From contig OX597822.1 in the NCBI GenBank assembly GCA_951406725.2, positions 54,250,001 through 54,314,000 on the forward strand: a DNA stretch of 64,000 nucleotides, given 5' to 3'. A model generated the notes under the pieces. That model was not told the DNA's origin, did no database searches, and saw only the letters and a program-made list of their open reading frames with translations. The translations under genes and the position numbers were made by a program. The DNA is from Octopus vulgaris (taxonomy: Eukaryota). This document shows positions 47,770 to 60,943 of the stretch, piece after piece; within the stretch, counting starts at the first letter, position 1; every line of letters starts with the position of its first letter.

Positions 47770-48160
47770 TTTAATACGTTCGTGTACTCTGGAACATAGG
47801 AAAGCCTTTCGCAGAAATAATCCCAGAAGAAAATTCTGGTAGACCGTATATGTGAAAATACATTGGGTTATGAATGGTGTCATTGGATCGAAAACGCATG
47901 CATTTCTGTGTCGTTATGCTTCATCAGTTACTAATACTGAATCAGCGTTTCACAACCCTATAAGAACAGGTGTTTTCATATAAACGAATCACAAATAATA
48001 CATTCATTGATGAGCGTAAAGATTGCGTCATTGGATCCAATGACGTAATTCATAGCCCTATATGTTTTCGTACAAATTGTCTACGAGGAGTAGTTTCTCC
48101 TGAGACTTTTTCTGAAGTGAATGGTCTTCTCACGTCCAAGTGTATACGAACGTGTTAAAT
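47770..48160. mobile_element. piggyBac-type MITE with internal 20-bp palindrome
   Basis: Imperfect TIRs TTAATACGTTCGTGTACTCTGG / CCAAGTGTATACGAACGTGTTAA; CGTCATTGGATCCAATGACG at ~48026. Confidence 0.7.
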
Positions 48161-51014
48161 ATGATTATGTATATACATCTGATTCAACACTTTTTCGCGC
48201 GACTCTAGTTCAGTATTTTTCATGCAGCAGATGTGCCTGGGTAAATTTCCCCAATCGCTATTTTAAGCTTACATTCTGCTCAGTGTTTGTTCATGAAAAT
48301 CCTGGATTCTTTTGTTAATCACAGATCTGGCAGTAATTGTTTTCATTTTTTTTTTTTGTCAGTCAGGAAGGAAGACTGCACACATGACAAGGCATTCGGG
48401 ACTGGTGGAAAGGAGGGAAGAAGTTATCCTCAAACTATAAGCCTAGTTTGAATGTTTATAACAAACTGGATTCCGTTAAAAAACACCAAAGTAACAGGTG
48501 TTGGTGCTAAACAAAGCAATGGATCATGTCTACCACTTAAATAGACCATGGTGGGATTTGAACTCTGGACGCCAAGAGACAGAGCGAATACCGCAAGACA
48601 TTTGGTTTGACATTGTTATAGTCTAATCAATGCATCGTCTTGGATTGATAATTTATTATTGACCCCGAATGAAAAGTGAACTCGATCTCGGCGGAATTTG
48701 AACTCAGAGCGCTAAGTCAGAAGAAATACTCCAAGGCATTTTATCCAACCATCTCGCGACTCCGCTAATTTGTTAGCTTGTTCTGCTGATCAGGCCTAAT
48801 AAAAACCAAAACATGCCAGGACTGGTCATCTAAATGACAAAGAGCGAACTTTGGACAGTAAATTAATGTTAATGTAATTAAATTTTCTAGTCTTTCTTGT
48901 ATTTCTTGATCAGAAGCAGATAATCAATACACATTGTAAAGTGGAGGCGAATGTGTGGAGAAGGTGTGAGCGTTCAGAGCAAACATATCCAAACTGAGGC
49001 CTACAGGGCTTTCAAAAATAGTAGGCCAACAAAGAATTAGTTTGAATTTCTTTTTACTTTTTGTAGGGCTGATGATCCATGTTTTATGCGGTGCGCTTTT
49101 GCTCAATGCTGGTTTAAACGTCCCTTTAGTTGTGTCTCGCCAGGGAGGGCTCGATAACTTCTCTAGTGCTGGTGCCACGAGAAAATACACTCTGTTACTG
49201 TATAAAGTGGTCGTTGATAGGAAAGACATCCCGTATGAATCAAGCCAGAATGGCACGTACAAGCGCTAGTGTACGAGAGTAGTGGCTCCCAATTGGAACT
49301 GACATGAACAATGATGACCTGTAAAATTCATGGAATGCAGTCGTGACGACGGTGTTGCTGATGATGACTACAACGACGAGTGTTTCTTATCAATATGGTT
49401 GTAATGTGAATTAACTGAAATTAATTGTCACCACATCATATTCGCTAGTAGCCATGTTATTTCGTCTACTTGTCAATGATGACAGTAATGGTAACTGCTG
49501 CTAATGTTACAATGAATCCTTTACGAATATGGGATGCAGCTGTGAAATTTTCAAGGTAAAATCCAAGCAGAGAGAGGGAGAGATCAAGCAGTTTTTCGGT
49601 GATCAATTTCTTGATATTTTTTCAGTGTAAAATGCAAATTTACTTATTTAAGCCCTGGAAATATGAACCTACATATAAGAAACTTCCCCCTCCCTCTCTC
49701 TTTACTGAACAATTAAAGGTATAGCATGAAAAAAAAAAAAACAACAAAACAAGAATGCCTTTTAAACTATAAGCTGTTTTTCTCGATTATACATACTTAA
49801 TTTCATAAAATGTTGAATTTAGCTTAATTTATTTGTCTCACGTTATGCCATACTGATGATTCCAAAGGAGGATGAAATAGTGCAACACATGTCTACCAAC
49901 GATTAGATACTTTAAGAACTTTATAAAGTATAGAAAAAAAGCTGCTGCAAATTCCAAACTTTCGAACTTGACTAAGTTTAATCTAGAAGAGATTGTTTCT
50001 CTTATAACAATTAACCGACAGGAGCTCAAGCTACAAGCCTACTCTAGACCATCGTCTCTATATAAACTTATGTCTAAGTTTTATACATTACTCCTGAGTG
50101 TGCATTCGCGTCATCAAAATTACCCATTGCAGCATCGAAAAGTACATTTTCATGTTTTTATTCCACAAGGAAGTGATACACAGCCGATAGTTGTTGTTGA
50201 CAAACAACGGCAGTAATTTTATTCAGCTGAATACACGTCATTGATTGGTTGAAATTACCGAAATAGGACTACTTTAACGTAAAATTACTTTGTAAATATA
50301 AGTTTTTCTCAAAAATGCTAGGAATAAAAGATGTTTTATATGACACATTCTACCAGTGTCCGAAGTTTGAAAGTGTTAAGTTACAAAAAACTATTTTTTT
50401 AAACCTGTAGGTCAAAAGGTAAAGATCCGTAAATTTTTTTCTTTATCCATGATTTAATTTGAAACCTTTTGTTTTCTCTGTTTGAATAACTGTTACTTCT
50501 CAAACTCTTTTATGATGTTTCTAAGAACACGTGTTGTTTTATTACCTACTTAAAACGGTTGACACATCTGGTGACACATAGAAAACAATTAAAAAGAAAC
50601 TGATACACACATACGCGCGTGCGGTTGGTGTTTTTAAACGTCTGTTTATATTTCAGGAAATACAAAGGTTGCTCAAATATTTGCAATGTTATTATCTACA
50701 AATTATTACCCAGCAGCAGCCAACTTAACGTATCCTTTCATTTTTGCCGGGTGTTGTTCGTGTTGTTGAATAAGCAAAATGGTTTTAAATTGCTTATGTC
50801 AATTGCAGAAGGCGAGGTGTTTCACATAATTCACCCGGTCCGATTTGTTACCTTATAACTTTCAGTAAAATGAATATTTTTCAATGAAATTTTCTACAAT
50901 TAACTTTCTGACGGTGTAGATTTTGTTTATATCAAAATTTAGTTTGATAAAATAAATGGGGTGGGTTCGGTTATTTCCCGCATCTCCATTTTGTTTTCAT
51001 ATAAATATAATCAT

Positions 51015-51400
51015 CTTTTATCTTTTACTTGTTTCAGTCATTAGACAGCGGCCATGCTACAGCATCGCCATGAATAATTTTAATTGAACGAATCGACCTC
51101 AGTACATACTTCTTTAAAAATCTGGTACTTATTCTAAGCGTCTATTTTGCCAAACAGTTGGGTTACGGGAACGAAAATACACCAACACCAGTTGTCAAGC
51201 AGCAGTGGCGGACAAACACACACACACACACACGCATACACACGACGGGCTTCTTTCGGATTCCGTCAAACAAATCCATTCACAAGACTTTGGTCATCCC
51301 GAAGTTATAGTAGAACACATTATCCCAAAGGGCCACGCAGTGGGACTGAACCAGGAACTATATGGCTGAAAAGCAAGCATTTTACCACGCAGCCACGCTT
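51015..51400 (-). mobile_element. SINE family A, diverged
   Basis: Similarity to family A. Confidence 0.8.
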
Positions 51401-51489
51401 ATGCCAAGATGTTGAAAAAAATCACATCTGAAGTCTATTCTACTCTTTCCCGAAAATTCCCTGAAAGAAACCTTTGTAGAAAGGGGTAA

Positions 51490-51872
51490 AGCACGCCGGG
51501 CGAAATGCTTAGCGGTATTTCGTCTGCCGTTACGTTCTGAGTTCAAATTCCACCGAGGTCAACTTTGCCTTTCATCCTTTCGGGGTCGATTATATAAGTA
51601 GCAGTTACGCACTGGGATCGATATAATCGACTTAATCTGTTTGTCTGTCCTTGTTTGTCCCCTCTGTGTTTAGCCCCTTGTGGGTAGTAAAGAAATAGGT
51701 ATTTCGTCTGCCGTTACGTTCTGAGTTCAAATTCCGCCGAGGTCAACTTTGCCTTTCATCCTTTCGGGGTCGATTAAATAAGTACCAGTTACGCACTGGA
51801 GTCGATATAATCTGTTTGTCTGTCCTTGTTTGTCCCCTCTGTGTGTAGCCCCTTGTGGGCAGTAAAGAAATA
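51490..51872 (+). mobile_element. Tandem dimer of SINE family C
   Basis: GGTATTTCGTCTGCCGTTACGTTCTGAG...GTAAAGAAATA occurs twice back-to-back. Confidence 0.9.
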
Positions 51873-52421
51873 AGAATGGAGAGTACAATACTAGCACTAA
51901 TTTTTCAATTCATATTTCTTTCGCAATTTAATAAACTCAAAAATGGACCATCCTCAATGTGTTCGTTTAGTATGCTAAAAAGAGCAGGGATCGCATGGGT
52001 GTCAAAAGTAATTTTTCCCGTAACATAATTGTAATTGAATCATCAAAACATAAGAGGAAACAAATTCGAAATGTGTGATATACCTGCCCCACCCATTTTT
52101 TCACATTAAATTTCGAGATAATCGTAATTTAAAACTATCTGAAAGATATTTGTAGAAAATTTCATCCAAGAGTACCCATTTTCTGAAAGCTATGAGGAAG
52201 CAAAATTGAGACGCGAGAACAATCAGAAATCTTACTCCATTTCTCCCGGAAAAAGTTTTTCATAACAATTTCTGATATAATCGCAATCCTTACCACCTAA
52301 AATGCGTTTGTTGAAAATTCTTTTAAAGAACATTCATTTTTCATAAAAATATCCAGCGGGGTACAAGTCTTTAGTTATGCCTGAAATTCACTGAGCGAGT
52401 GGTTACTTCCAGACTAATAAG

Positions 52422-52481
52422 GGATTTCAAAAGAAAATAAGACGTAACACAGGATTTCAAAAGAAAATAAGACGTAACACA
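52422..52481. repeat. Perfect 30-bp tandem duplication
   Basis: GGATTTCAAAAGAAAATAAGACGTAACACA x2. Confidence 0.95.
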
Positions 52482-53006
52482 ATGTCATTTAATAGTTAGA
52501 AGAAAAAACACCTGACGAGTAATATGTAATACACACTCACATACACACTCACACTCACACACACATACACGCAATACACGCAGACGCGCACACACTCACA
52601 CATTCACACACACACACACAAACATTAAACAAAATGTATAGTATTATATATGAATTACGATCGATCTTACCTATCGGTTTCGCATTGAGTATTAAACTAC
52701 GAGTTAGATAACAGCTCGGTTACGTAATACCATGTGCTCATCAGAGCTGGCGGATATGAAAACAATTGTGATATATTTTACCCATATTTGTTAGCACTGA
52801 CGAACACTGGGTGTTACATAAGTAGGCTGTTAACTAGCACCCGGTTTAATACCCAGTGCGAAACTGATTGGAAATATTTTGTTCAGTATACGCAATCTAT
52901 TGAAAAATATGCGAGCGCATTTTCAGACATATGGGATTCTTAGACAATACATCCATCCATCCATACACACACACACGTATATATATATATATATATAATA
53001 TACATA

Positions 53007-53049
<43 letters not shown>

Positions 53050-53057
53050 ATATACTC

Positions 53058-53100
<43 letters not shown>

Positions 53101-53950
53101 CATACACACACATACATATGTACAGAAAATAACTATTTACACGTACACACACATGCATACATACACGAACCTACATACATATACTTGAATACACACATAC
53201 ACACACACACATACGAACATGCATATATATAATTACTTATATAAATGTGCAACCATTATTTTCTTCGCATCATTTGATCTGACTGTAGATCACCATTTCA
53301 AGAACAGTGAAATGGATAAATTTCGATCCTAACGAATACAAAGCCAGGTCCTCTTCAATCGTTTCACAGTCGAGTAATGGTCGCCGAATCTGGAAAGAAA
53401 GGTTTAGAAAGTTTCAGACAACTTATCATACTTTATATTGACTTCTCTCCCCACCTCTCTTAAGGCTTAAGGCTGTATCATGCGCGGGGACATAGAAATA
53501 ATCGGACTGAATATCCGATTGCGCGGTTAAACCATTGGAAGTGAAGGACACCTAGCCCTTGTTAGGGCATCCTTCTAGGAGAAGGTAACTCAGGTAACTG
53601 GGATAACTCCGACATAAAACCTGCGGCTCGGTGGTTACCGATGATGTTGACTTGTTCTTCTTTTCGGATTATGGCTGCTGTTGCTTAGTGAGTGGGATTG
53701 ACTCAATGCACAGCCTTTCCTCACTTTAAAAACAAATCTTTTGCACAGGCATTGCACGATAACAACATTGTTCATGATTGTGATGGTGCTGTGAGTCTCA
53801 ACTGAATGGCTGGCTGTAGCCTTAAAAAGCAAATAAAATTCACATTCGATCACAGCACCAATAACAGTTAAGCCTCGTGCAATGGCCATACTCGATAACG
53901 AGGGGGCAGCCATCATCATCATCATATATACATACATACATACATACATA

Positions 53951-54620
53951 CACGAGATATGATCAATAAGTATCAGGACTGTTTCCATAGTAACGAAGCC
54001 AAAGCACGTAGAAGGAAGTCGCTTGGCACAAATTGACCTTGAAATCTGCTGAGCATGCGCACTAAGTTTTATTGTTCTAGCTCACTTCAGCTGTTTATAG
54101 CAGTGCTTGGAAGGAATGTGTGGAGCATACGATCGTCGCATAGGCCATGACAGAGAAAGTTGTCATGCCGATACCGGCTCAGAGGCCTGCGCAAAGTTGC
54201 AGAAAATGTATGGAGAGGAGTGTATGAGGCACACACAAGTCTACGAGTGGTTCAGACATTTCCAAGATAGCCGAAAAAATGTCGATATTGACGAACGTTC
54301 TGGGAGGTCTGCAACCGGCAGAACTGAGAAAAACATCGCAGATGTGCATGCAACTGTGAGGGGAAATCGTCGAATCATCATCTATGAGTTATCAGAGGAT
54401 GAGCAGATTAGTTACAGTTTAGTTCAGTCTATTATCACTGAAGATTTGAGTATGAGACGTGTGGCTGCCAAATTTGTGCCAAAACTGGTTTCTGCTGGCC
54501 ACAACAACACTCGCGTTTCAACTGCACAAGATCTCGTTGATTGTGTCGAGGACGATGAAAACCTTTTGAAAACTTTGCGTAGGCCTCTGTGCAGGTATTG
54601 CCAAGCTTTTGGCAAAATTT
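53951..54620 (+). mobile_element. mariner transposase 5' fragment (HTH region)
   Basis: YGEECMRHTQVYEWFRHF..DERSGRS..NRRI..EL..SIITEDLSMRRVAAKFVPKL; TIR-like start CGAGATATGATCAATAAGTATCAGGACT. Confidence 0.9.
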
Positions 54621-54693
54621 GTTTGTTTGTTTGTATGTATGTATGTATGTATGTATGTATGTATGTATGTATGTATGTATGTATGTATGTATG

Positions 54694-54749
<56 letters not shown>

Positions 54750-54887
54750 GGTAGATAGATGTAGAAACAGATACATTAAGATATACATATGTACACATAC
54801 ACAAACGTAAATATAGAGAGAAAGTGAGAGAAAGAGGGAGGAGAGGGAGGTAGAAAGGTATATGTGTATATATATATATGTATATAT

Positions 54888-56008
54888 ACTCCTTCACCTG
54901 CACCTCCAGCAATATCATCTATTGCATCTCCTGCTCTCTCTGCCATTCCCTGTACATCGGACAAACGGGACGCCGCTTGGCTGACCGGTTCGTGGAACAC
55001 CTCCAAGACATCCGCCTTGCCAACGACACACCGGTCTCACGCCATTTCCGCTCCACCGGTCACTCCTTGCAACACCTCTCTGTGTTCGGATTGCCCTTGC
55101 ACAGAGGCCATCCGGATTCCCGTTTGCGCCGTGAACAGGGATTAATCTTCTCTCTTCGCTCTTTTACGCCATTTGGTCTCAACTCTCCCCCCTTTTCATC
55201 TAAAACCGCCTTTTTCATCTAACCTCCCCCCGACTCCTACTTCTCTTCAGTCCTTCATCTTTTCACCTCTATTCTCTTTCCCTCCTCTTCCCTCCTTTCC
55301 TTTCTTCCCTCTTCTTCCCTCTTCCCCTCTCTCTTTCTCTCTGCTCCCTCACTCTCCTCCTCCCCATTTCCCTGTCCCTGTCCCTGTCCCCTCCCCTCCC
55401 CTTCCCCTTCCCCTCCCCCTCCCCTTCCCCCTTCTCCTTCCTTCTCCTCCCCTCCCCTCCCCTCCTCTCCCCTTCTCACTCTCCCCACATCCCCCACTCT
55501 ACCCTAACCCCTAGCCGAACCCACACCCCATATGGGCTTTCCCCACTCTCGCCCCCACCTCCCCACAACATTACACCACACTACACTACAACATACGACA
55601 TTACACATCACATCATACATACATACACACGTCCAGACCACCAGCTCTCTTTCACATGCACATACTCTATTATGCACACATGCACCTTCATGTTGGGGTG
55701 AGGTCACTTCACCCTTTTTATCTCCCCTACTATCCCTCTAGCGTCTAACGTCTGACCTCTAACGTTTGACCTCCGATCTCTGACTTCTCCTGAAATCAGA
55801 ACGCAATGTTGGATCGTTAGTCCCTACACGCAATTTTTTCTCTCCTTGTTTCTCTCCTTGTTTCTTTTCTGTGTATCTTTCTGTCGAAGAGCGTAGGCTC
55901 GAAACGTAAAAGACTTGTTTTATTTCTATTCCTGAGCGCCATACTAATACATTGTTTGTTTGTACTCCACCTGCCTTCGTCTTTTGTTTATTTTCGTAAA
56001 CTTTCCCG

Positions 56009-56010
<2 letters not shown>
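54888..56010 (+). mobile_element. Penelope-like element 3' part: GIY-YIG endonuclease, CT-rich tail and hammerhead-like pLTR motif
   Basis: FTCTSSNIIYCISC..C..LYIGQTGRRLADRFVEH..PVSRHF..H..RLRREQ..P-GLN; hammerhead-like motif at 55876-55913. Confidence 0.9.
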
Positions 56011-56051
<41 letters not shown>

Positions 56052-56224
56052 CAAGTTATATGCATAAACACACACGCACATATATATGTAAAAGCATCAC
56101 AAAATAACTGTTACTCAGAGTTTCACGTTCCTGTTCGCCGGAAAAGTTGTGTTTAAGAGACCCTTTATCTGCTTACTTGTGTATATGTATATATAGACAT
56201 ATATTCGCGTGTTCCCCAACATAA

Positions 56225-56420
56225 AAAAAAAAACACTTGGCCAGTGTCGCAGTAATGATGACGTCATATCTGCTGTTGATGACATTAAGCTACTACACCA
56301 ATGGGATCCAAACACTGTAAGACCGGTGAAAGAAGTGTGTGGACTGTATTGAGGACTGTGTTGATCACTATACATGAGAATATCTTGGTCATCCTATGAA
56401 CTTGTCAGCCAGCCCTCGTA
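56225..56420 (+). mobile_element. mariner 3' end fragment with TIR
   Basis: SNDDVISAV..GIQTL..KKCV-like remnant ending AACTTGTCAGCCAGCCCTCGTA. Confidence 0.55.
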
Positions 56421-56487
56421 TACATATATGTATATACTGGACTGGAATGAAAGTTCATGCCGTTTTTAAAGTAAAATTCGAAAATAA

Positions 56488-56628
56488 GCGCAGGAGTGGC
56501 TTTGTGGTAAGTAGCTTGCTTACCAACCACATGTGGCACCTTGGGCAAGTGTCTTCTACTATAGCCTCGGGCCGACCAAAACCTTGTGAAAGGATTTGGT
56601 AGACAGAAACTGAAAGAAGCCCGTCGTA

Positions 56629-56687
<59 letters not shown>

Positions 56688-56888
56688 TTGTGTTTCTGTG
56701 TTTGTCCCCCCAACATCGCTAGACAACCGATGCTGTTGTGTTTACGTCCCCGTAACCTAGCGGTTCGGCAAAAGATACCGATAGAATAAGTACTTAAAAA
56801 GCCCTGGGGTCGATTTGGTCGACTAAAGGCGGTGCTCCAGCATGACAGCAGTCAAATGACTGAAACAAGTAAAAGAGTAAAAAGAGTA
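56488..56888 (+). mobile_element. SINE family A (small deletion in the B-box region)
   Basis: Similarity to family A. Confidence 0.9.
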
Positions 56889-56929
56889 ATATTTAGATAT
56901 TTGTACATACTGTTGTTCAACCACGTATG

Positions 56930-58330
56930 TCCGATTTTGTTCCACTATCTTTCGTCATCTTCGAGACTGCTTCATGATCCCATCCTCCTAAAATATGGTA
57001 TCTTTCTAGGTCATAAACTATTCCAAGTAGTTTTACATTGCCAAAAAACTGAAGTTATTTCCATTAAAATAATTTTGTAGGGATCGAAATAAATAGCAAT
57101 CTGAATGTAGGTCATTTGAGTATGTTGAGCGTGGTGAGACATTCGATACTAATTTTTGCTGGGTCTGCAAAGAAACAAGAGGTCTAACCTTGACTTCAAG
57201 GAATACGACACTTTCTGATTGGCCAATTCTGGAATGATCCCATCAATTGCTTTTTTTAATGGATCTAGTTGTGAACAGTATTTATCTGAATTCAACGTCT
57301 GAGTTTGCGGAAAAAATTCAGAGCATCACCTCCAGATACTGACCGGCTGTTGGAGCAAATAAAGATGGTACATTTCGTTTTATCCAGGACCCTTTCCGCT
57401 CCATATTGTTGTAAGCAATTAATTTTGTATCACCTGTGATTGTTCTTTTCAAAAATGGATTATTTTTGTTGTGTTTGAGCAAAGAATGGCAGATGGAAAT
57501 GCGGTCCATTAAATTATTTAGGTTAAATTATGAGGTACCCAAACATCATAGCGATCCACACATCCAAGTTATTCTAAATGCCTTATAACGCACATATGGG
57601 ATATCTGAAGTACCTTTGTAATGTCTCATATTTGTATAGAATTTAATATAAAATATAAATTACAAAGTGGGACAAGAACGCAAAAACACACAAGGAGACG
57701 ACACAAAAAACCGACGGGTCACTCGAAGCCTCTAATCTTCAGTCGGGAACCGGATCATCTTAGTGATTTCGGCTGTTTAATCTCGATATCACTCCGATCC
57801 GGCCAGCCCCAAGGAAAATCCAAGCCACAGGCATTGGATTTCTTGGAAAGAGGGTCGAATGTATACGGAACAAAGACAGGATGCCACACGAATGTAAATA
57901 CAAGAAACAAAATTATATATAAAACAGAAATAAAAAACACGAAGGTGGACAGTACAAAGGACAGGAGCGTCTTACGACTTTAGACAATTTTTAACTTATC
58001 TTGGCTGGCGTAAATGAAAAAAGCCTTCAACGGCAGAAACGAAAACAACGTGAGCGTGGCAGCGGTCAAGCCGACCTGGGTTGTTTTTAGTGTTTTGGTC
58101 ATCATTCACAGACTTCCAGATGAAAAATTTAACTCCTAAATCTATAGAAACACGAACAACTCTCAGCTATGGCATCATTTCCACAAATTGCACACGCGGT
58201 TTTGCTCTTTGTGTAGCTTTTTGTTCTACTTTTCGGAAACGAGAGCATCAAATGACGAACACGGGTCTCATTTTCTTCTATTTCAACTTCTGGTGTAAAA
58301 ACAGTAGAAATAAACTACCCGTGCAGTAAT
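56930..58330 (-). mobile_element. Decayed mariner transposase interrupted by a ~450-bp insertion
   Basis: MDRISICHSLLKHNKNNPFLKRTITGD..YNN (57318-57509); N-terminal remnant at ~58150-58330; unrelated block at ~57620-58080. Confidence 0.65.
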
Positions 58331-58499
58331 CATATAAAAAGACATGTTGCTGTATGAGTGTTTGTGTGTGTGTATGTGTATATGGGGGGAGGGATGGGTG
58401 TGTAGGAAATTATGATAGAAAACAAAAAAATAATAAGACAATAAGATGTGATAAAATAATATGGGATAAAGTAAAATAGAAGGAAAAAGTTACACAAGT

Positions 58500-59950
58500 T
58501 TTCAAAAATTTGAATCTAGTATTCTCGTTTGAAAGCGTGTTCCAACTGTAAACCGTTTGGGTCTAATCTCAAATTTAAGCTCACAAACCTATCGCCCTTA
58601 CCGTAAGCCAAACGAGAACCTACAATATATCCGTAGATCCTTTAACCATCAATTCCTAGTTAGGAATAGCCTAGTTAAAAACATATCTCTTAGGGTTTCT
58701 ATCTTTCCATTAATCAAATGATATTCAGATATAATTTGGAATATTGCAATGGAACCCTTAAACGAAACGATTATGATCAAGCGATATCATACTACGATAA
58801 CACTAAGCTTAAGCAGGCTACTTGTATTAATGATTTACACGTGGAATTAACACGCGACTTGCAGATTCTACTAACCTTAGGATTAATTATAAGACCGTCC
58901 ATTAAGTGCTAACTACATCTAATACATCTGATAAATCTCATAAATCTTGAGACAAAATAGTTACTCATCCAGGTGTTAATGACTACAATCTAAGATCGAA
59001 TAATAGGAAAGGTAAACGAAGAGAACGTGGTGAACATCAGAACGCCGAGCTTCCCACAGCAATATAAAACCCTGGGGCCAGCTGTAGGCACACACTTTCC
59101 AGCAAATCTAGCAAGTGCCATATATGTTGGTACAACCCTTCCATCGCAAATAAGACGAAAACCTTTAAGGGCCTTTATAAACTCTTAGATAGAAATCTAT
59201 TCCCTCCTCCAACATAGATACCACAAAATCTTTAACAGAAAAGCACTAGAATTTTCCTCGTCAGTGACCCCTAACGTAGAAACTATCATAACTGCATCTT
59301 ATAGGTACAAACTATAAGAACCGCATTCCCCTACCACCTGTTTTCCTACTGGGCAAAATTAGCCCCCAAACTATCAGGTATAGTTCTACGAGTCGCATAG
59401 AAATAGAAGCGAATTTATGAGCCTTCTACCGAGTTGCGGGGGTAGTTTCTGCTACCACATACTCTGACCCTTCCACAACCATATAATAGAGCCAGAAACA
59501 AGCACCGAGCATCTCATCGCACCTCATCCAGCTCCTACGGATAATGTCCCCACTATATTATCCTCAACACCCCATCCGCCGGAACACTGAGCAATTTCAG
59601 ACTTGGGGTCCCTTTGGCGAAAATTGTACCCAAGCTAACGTGGTGTATGAGTGTGCAGTAATTACAAGTTCCACTATTAGATCTTACATTGGAGCGACTA
59701 ATCTAGGCATAATTTTTGAAACGTTAATCTAAAATCTAATACCTCCCTATCTGAACATATTCACTCACTCAATTTCCAAACATAAACCCCCATCATATTT
59801 ACCCCCATTATATTGACCCAATAGCAGTAACGAGAAATTTTGTAAACTGTTTCCATGACACTCTTGAAATTTTATTTACTGATTGGGAAAAAAAATTCTT
59901 AATAAGTGTAACCAATAATTAATTAAAAGCATAAATTAAAATTCACATTT
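58500..59950 (+). mobile_element. Decayed Penelope-like element (RT C-terminus to GIY-YIG)
   Basis: Remnants TYRPYRKPNENLQYI, ICWYNP, YHKIFNR and CTQANVVYECAV..YIGAT occur in the expected order. Confidence 0.75.
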
Positions 59951-60079
59951 AAGAAATTTATAAGAGACAATGGATAATCTCAAGGAACTTAGTTTATTTA
60001 ATTTAATTAGTTATTATAACTTATTTTTCATTGCCTTCATTCTGATTTAAAGTTTTTGTTTTGCTAAATATACATCATG

Positions 60080-60133
<54 letters not shown>

Positions 60134-60154
60134 TATATGCGTGCGTGTGTGTGT

Positions 60155-60254
<100 letters not shown>

Positions 60255-60278
60255 CGTTATACTAAAAGTCACATCTTG

Positions 60279-60415
60279 TTAAATACAACCACCTAGGGTT
60301 TCCTGGTTGAAATAATGATTTATTTCACCATTTTGTCAGTTGCTTTTCTTCTCAGCTTGAAAAATGGTGGAATAAATTAATGTTTCGACTAGGAAACCTT
60401 GGCGAGCTGTGTTAA
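60279..60415. mobile_element. Fold-back MITE flanked by TTAA
   Basis: ~50-bp imperfect arms (GGTTTCCTGGTTGAAATAATGATTTATTTCACCATTTT / AAAATGGTGGAATAAATTAATGTTTCGACTAGGAAACC). Confidence 0.7.
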
Positions 60416-60753
60416 TGGGATTTGTGGTTTTATTATAACATTATTTTTGCTCTCTTAGCTGATCGTGTGCTTTTCTATTTGCCGAAGCTTCACAACATGT
60501 ATGTATGTATGTATGTATGTATGTATGTATGTATGTATGTATGTATGTATGTATGTATGTATGTATGTATGTATGTATGTTTGTATGTATGTATGCATGT
60601 ATGTATGTATGTATGTATGTATGTATGTATGTATTCCATTATTCAGTCTTATTTCAAAATTTCTTGCCAATAGAGAAAGAACCGGTTTCTAACCTAGATC
60701 TAAGGCTCCTTCATTGGAATTTCATCATCCTCAACAGGGTATTTTTGTATGTG

Positions 60754-60785
<32 letters not shown>

Positions 60786-60943
60786 TGTATGTATGTATGT
60801 ATGTATGTATTCATGTAGATTTGTATGTTTTGTTTTATGCCTGTCTTCTAATGAATATACTTGCATATCTAGACATGCTGATAATATTCTTAAATGATAA
60901 ACTTCTGGAAAGTTTTACAGATTTTTACAGTTCTTCTGATGGC

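Noticed and set aside
47895-47920. Minus-strand CTGATGAAGC..GAAA motif
   Set aside because: Stem II does not pair, and it lies inside a DNA-type MITE.
48924-49269. Overlapping 112-aa and 75-aa ORFs
   Set aside because: No motif recognised, and the 3' part is a degenerate RTE-type tail.
55255-55515. Pro-rich/Gly-Glu-rich ORFs, G-runs and a CCCTAACCC telomere-like word
   Set aside because: Low-complexity CT tail of the Penelope-like element; a single telomeric word is not an array.
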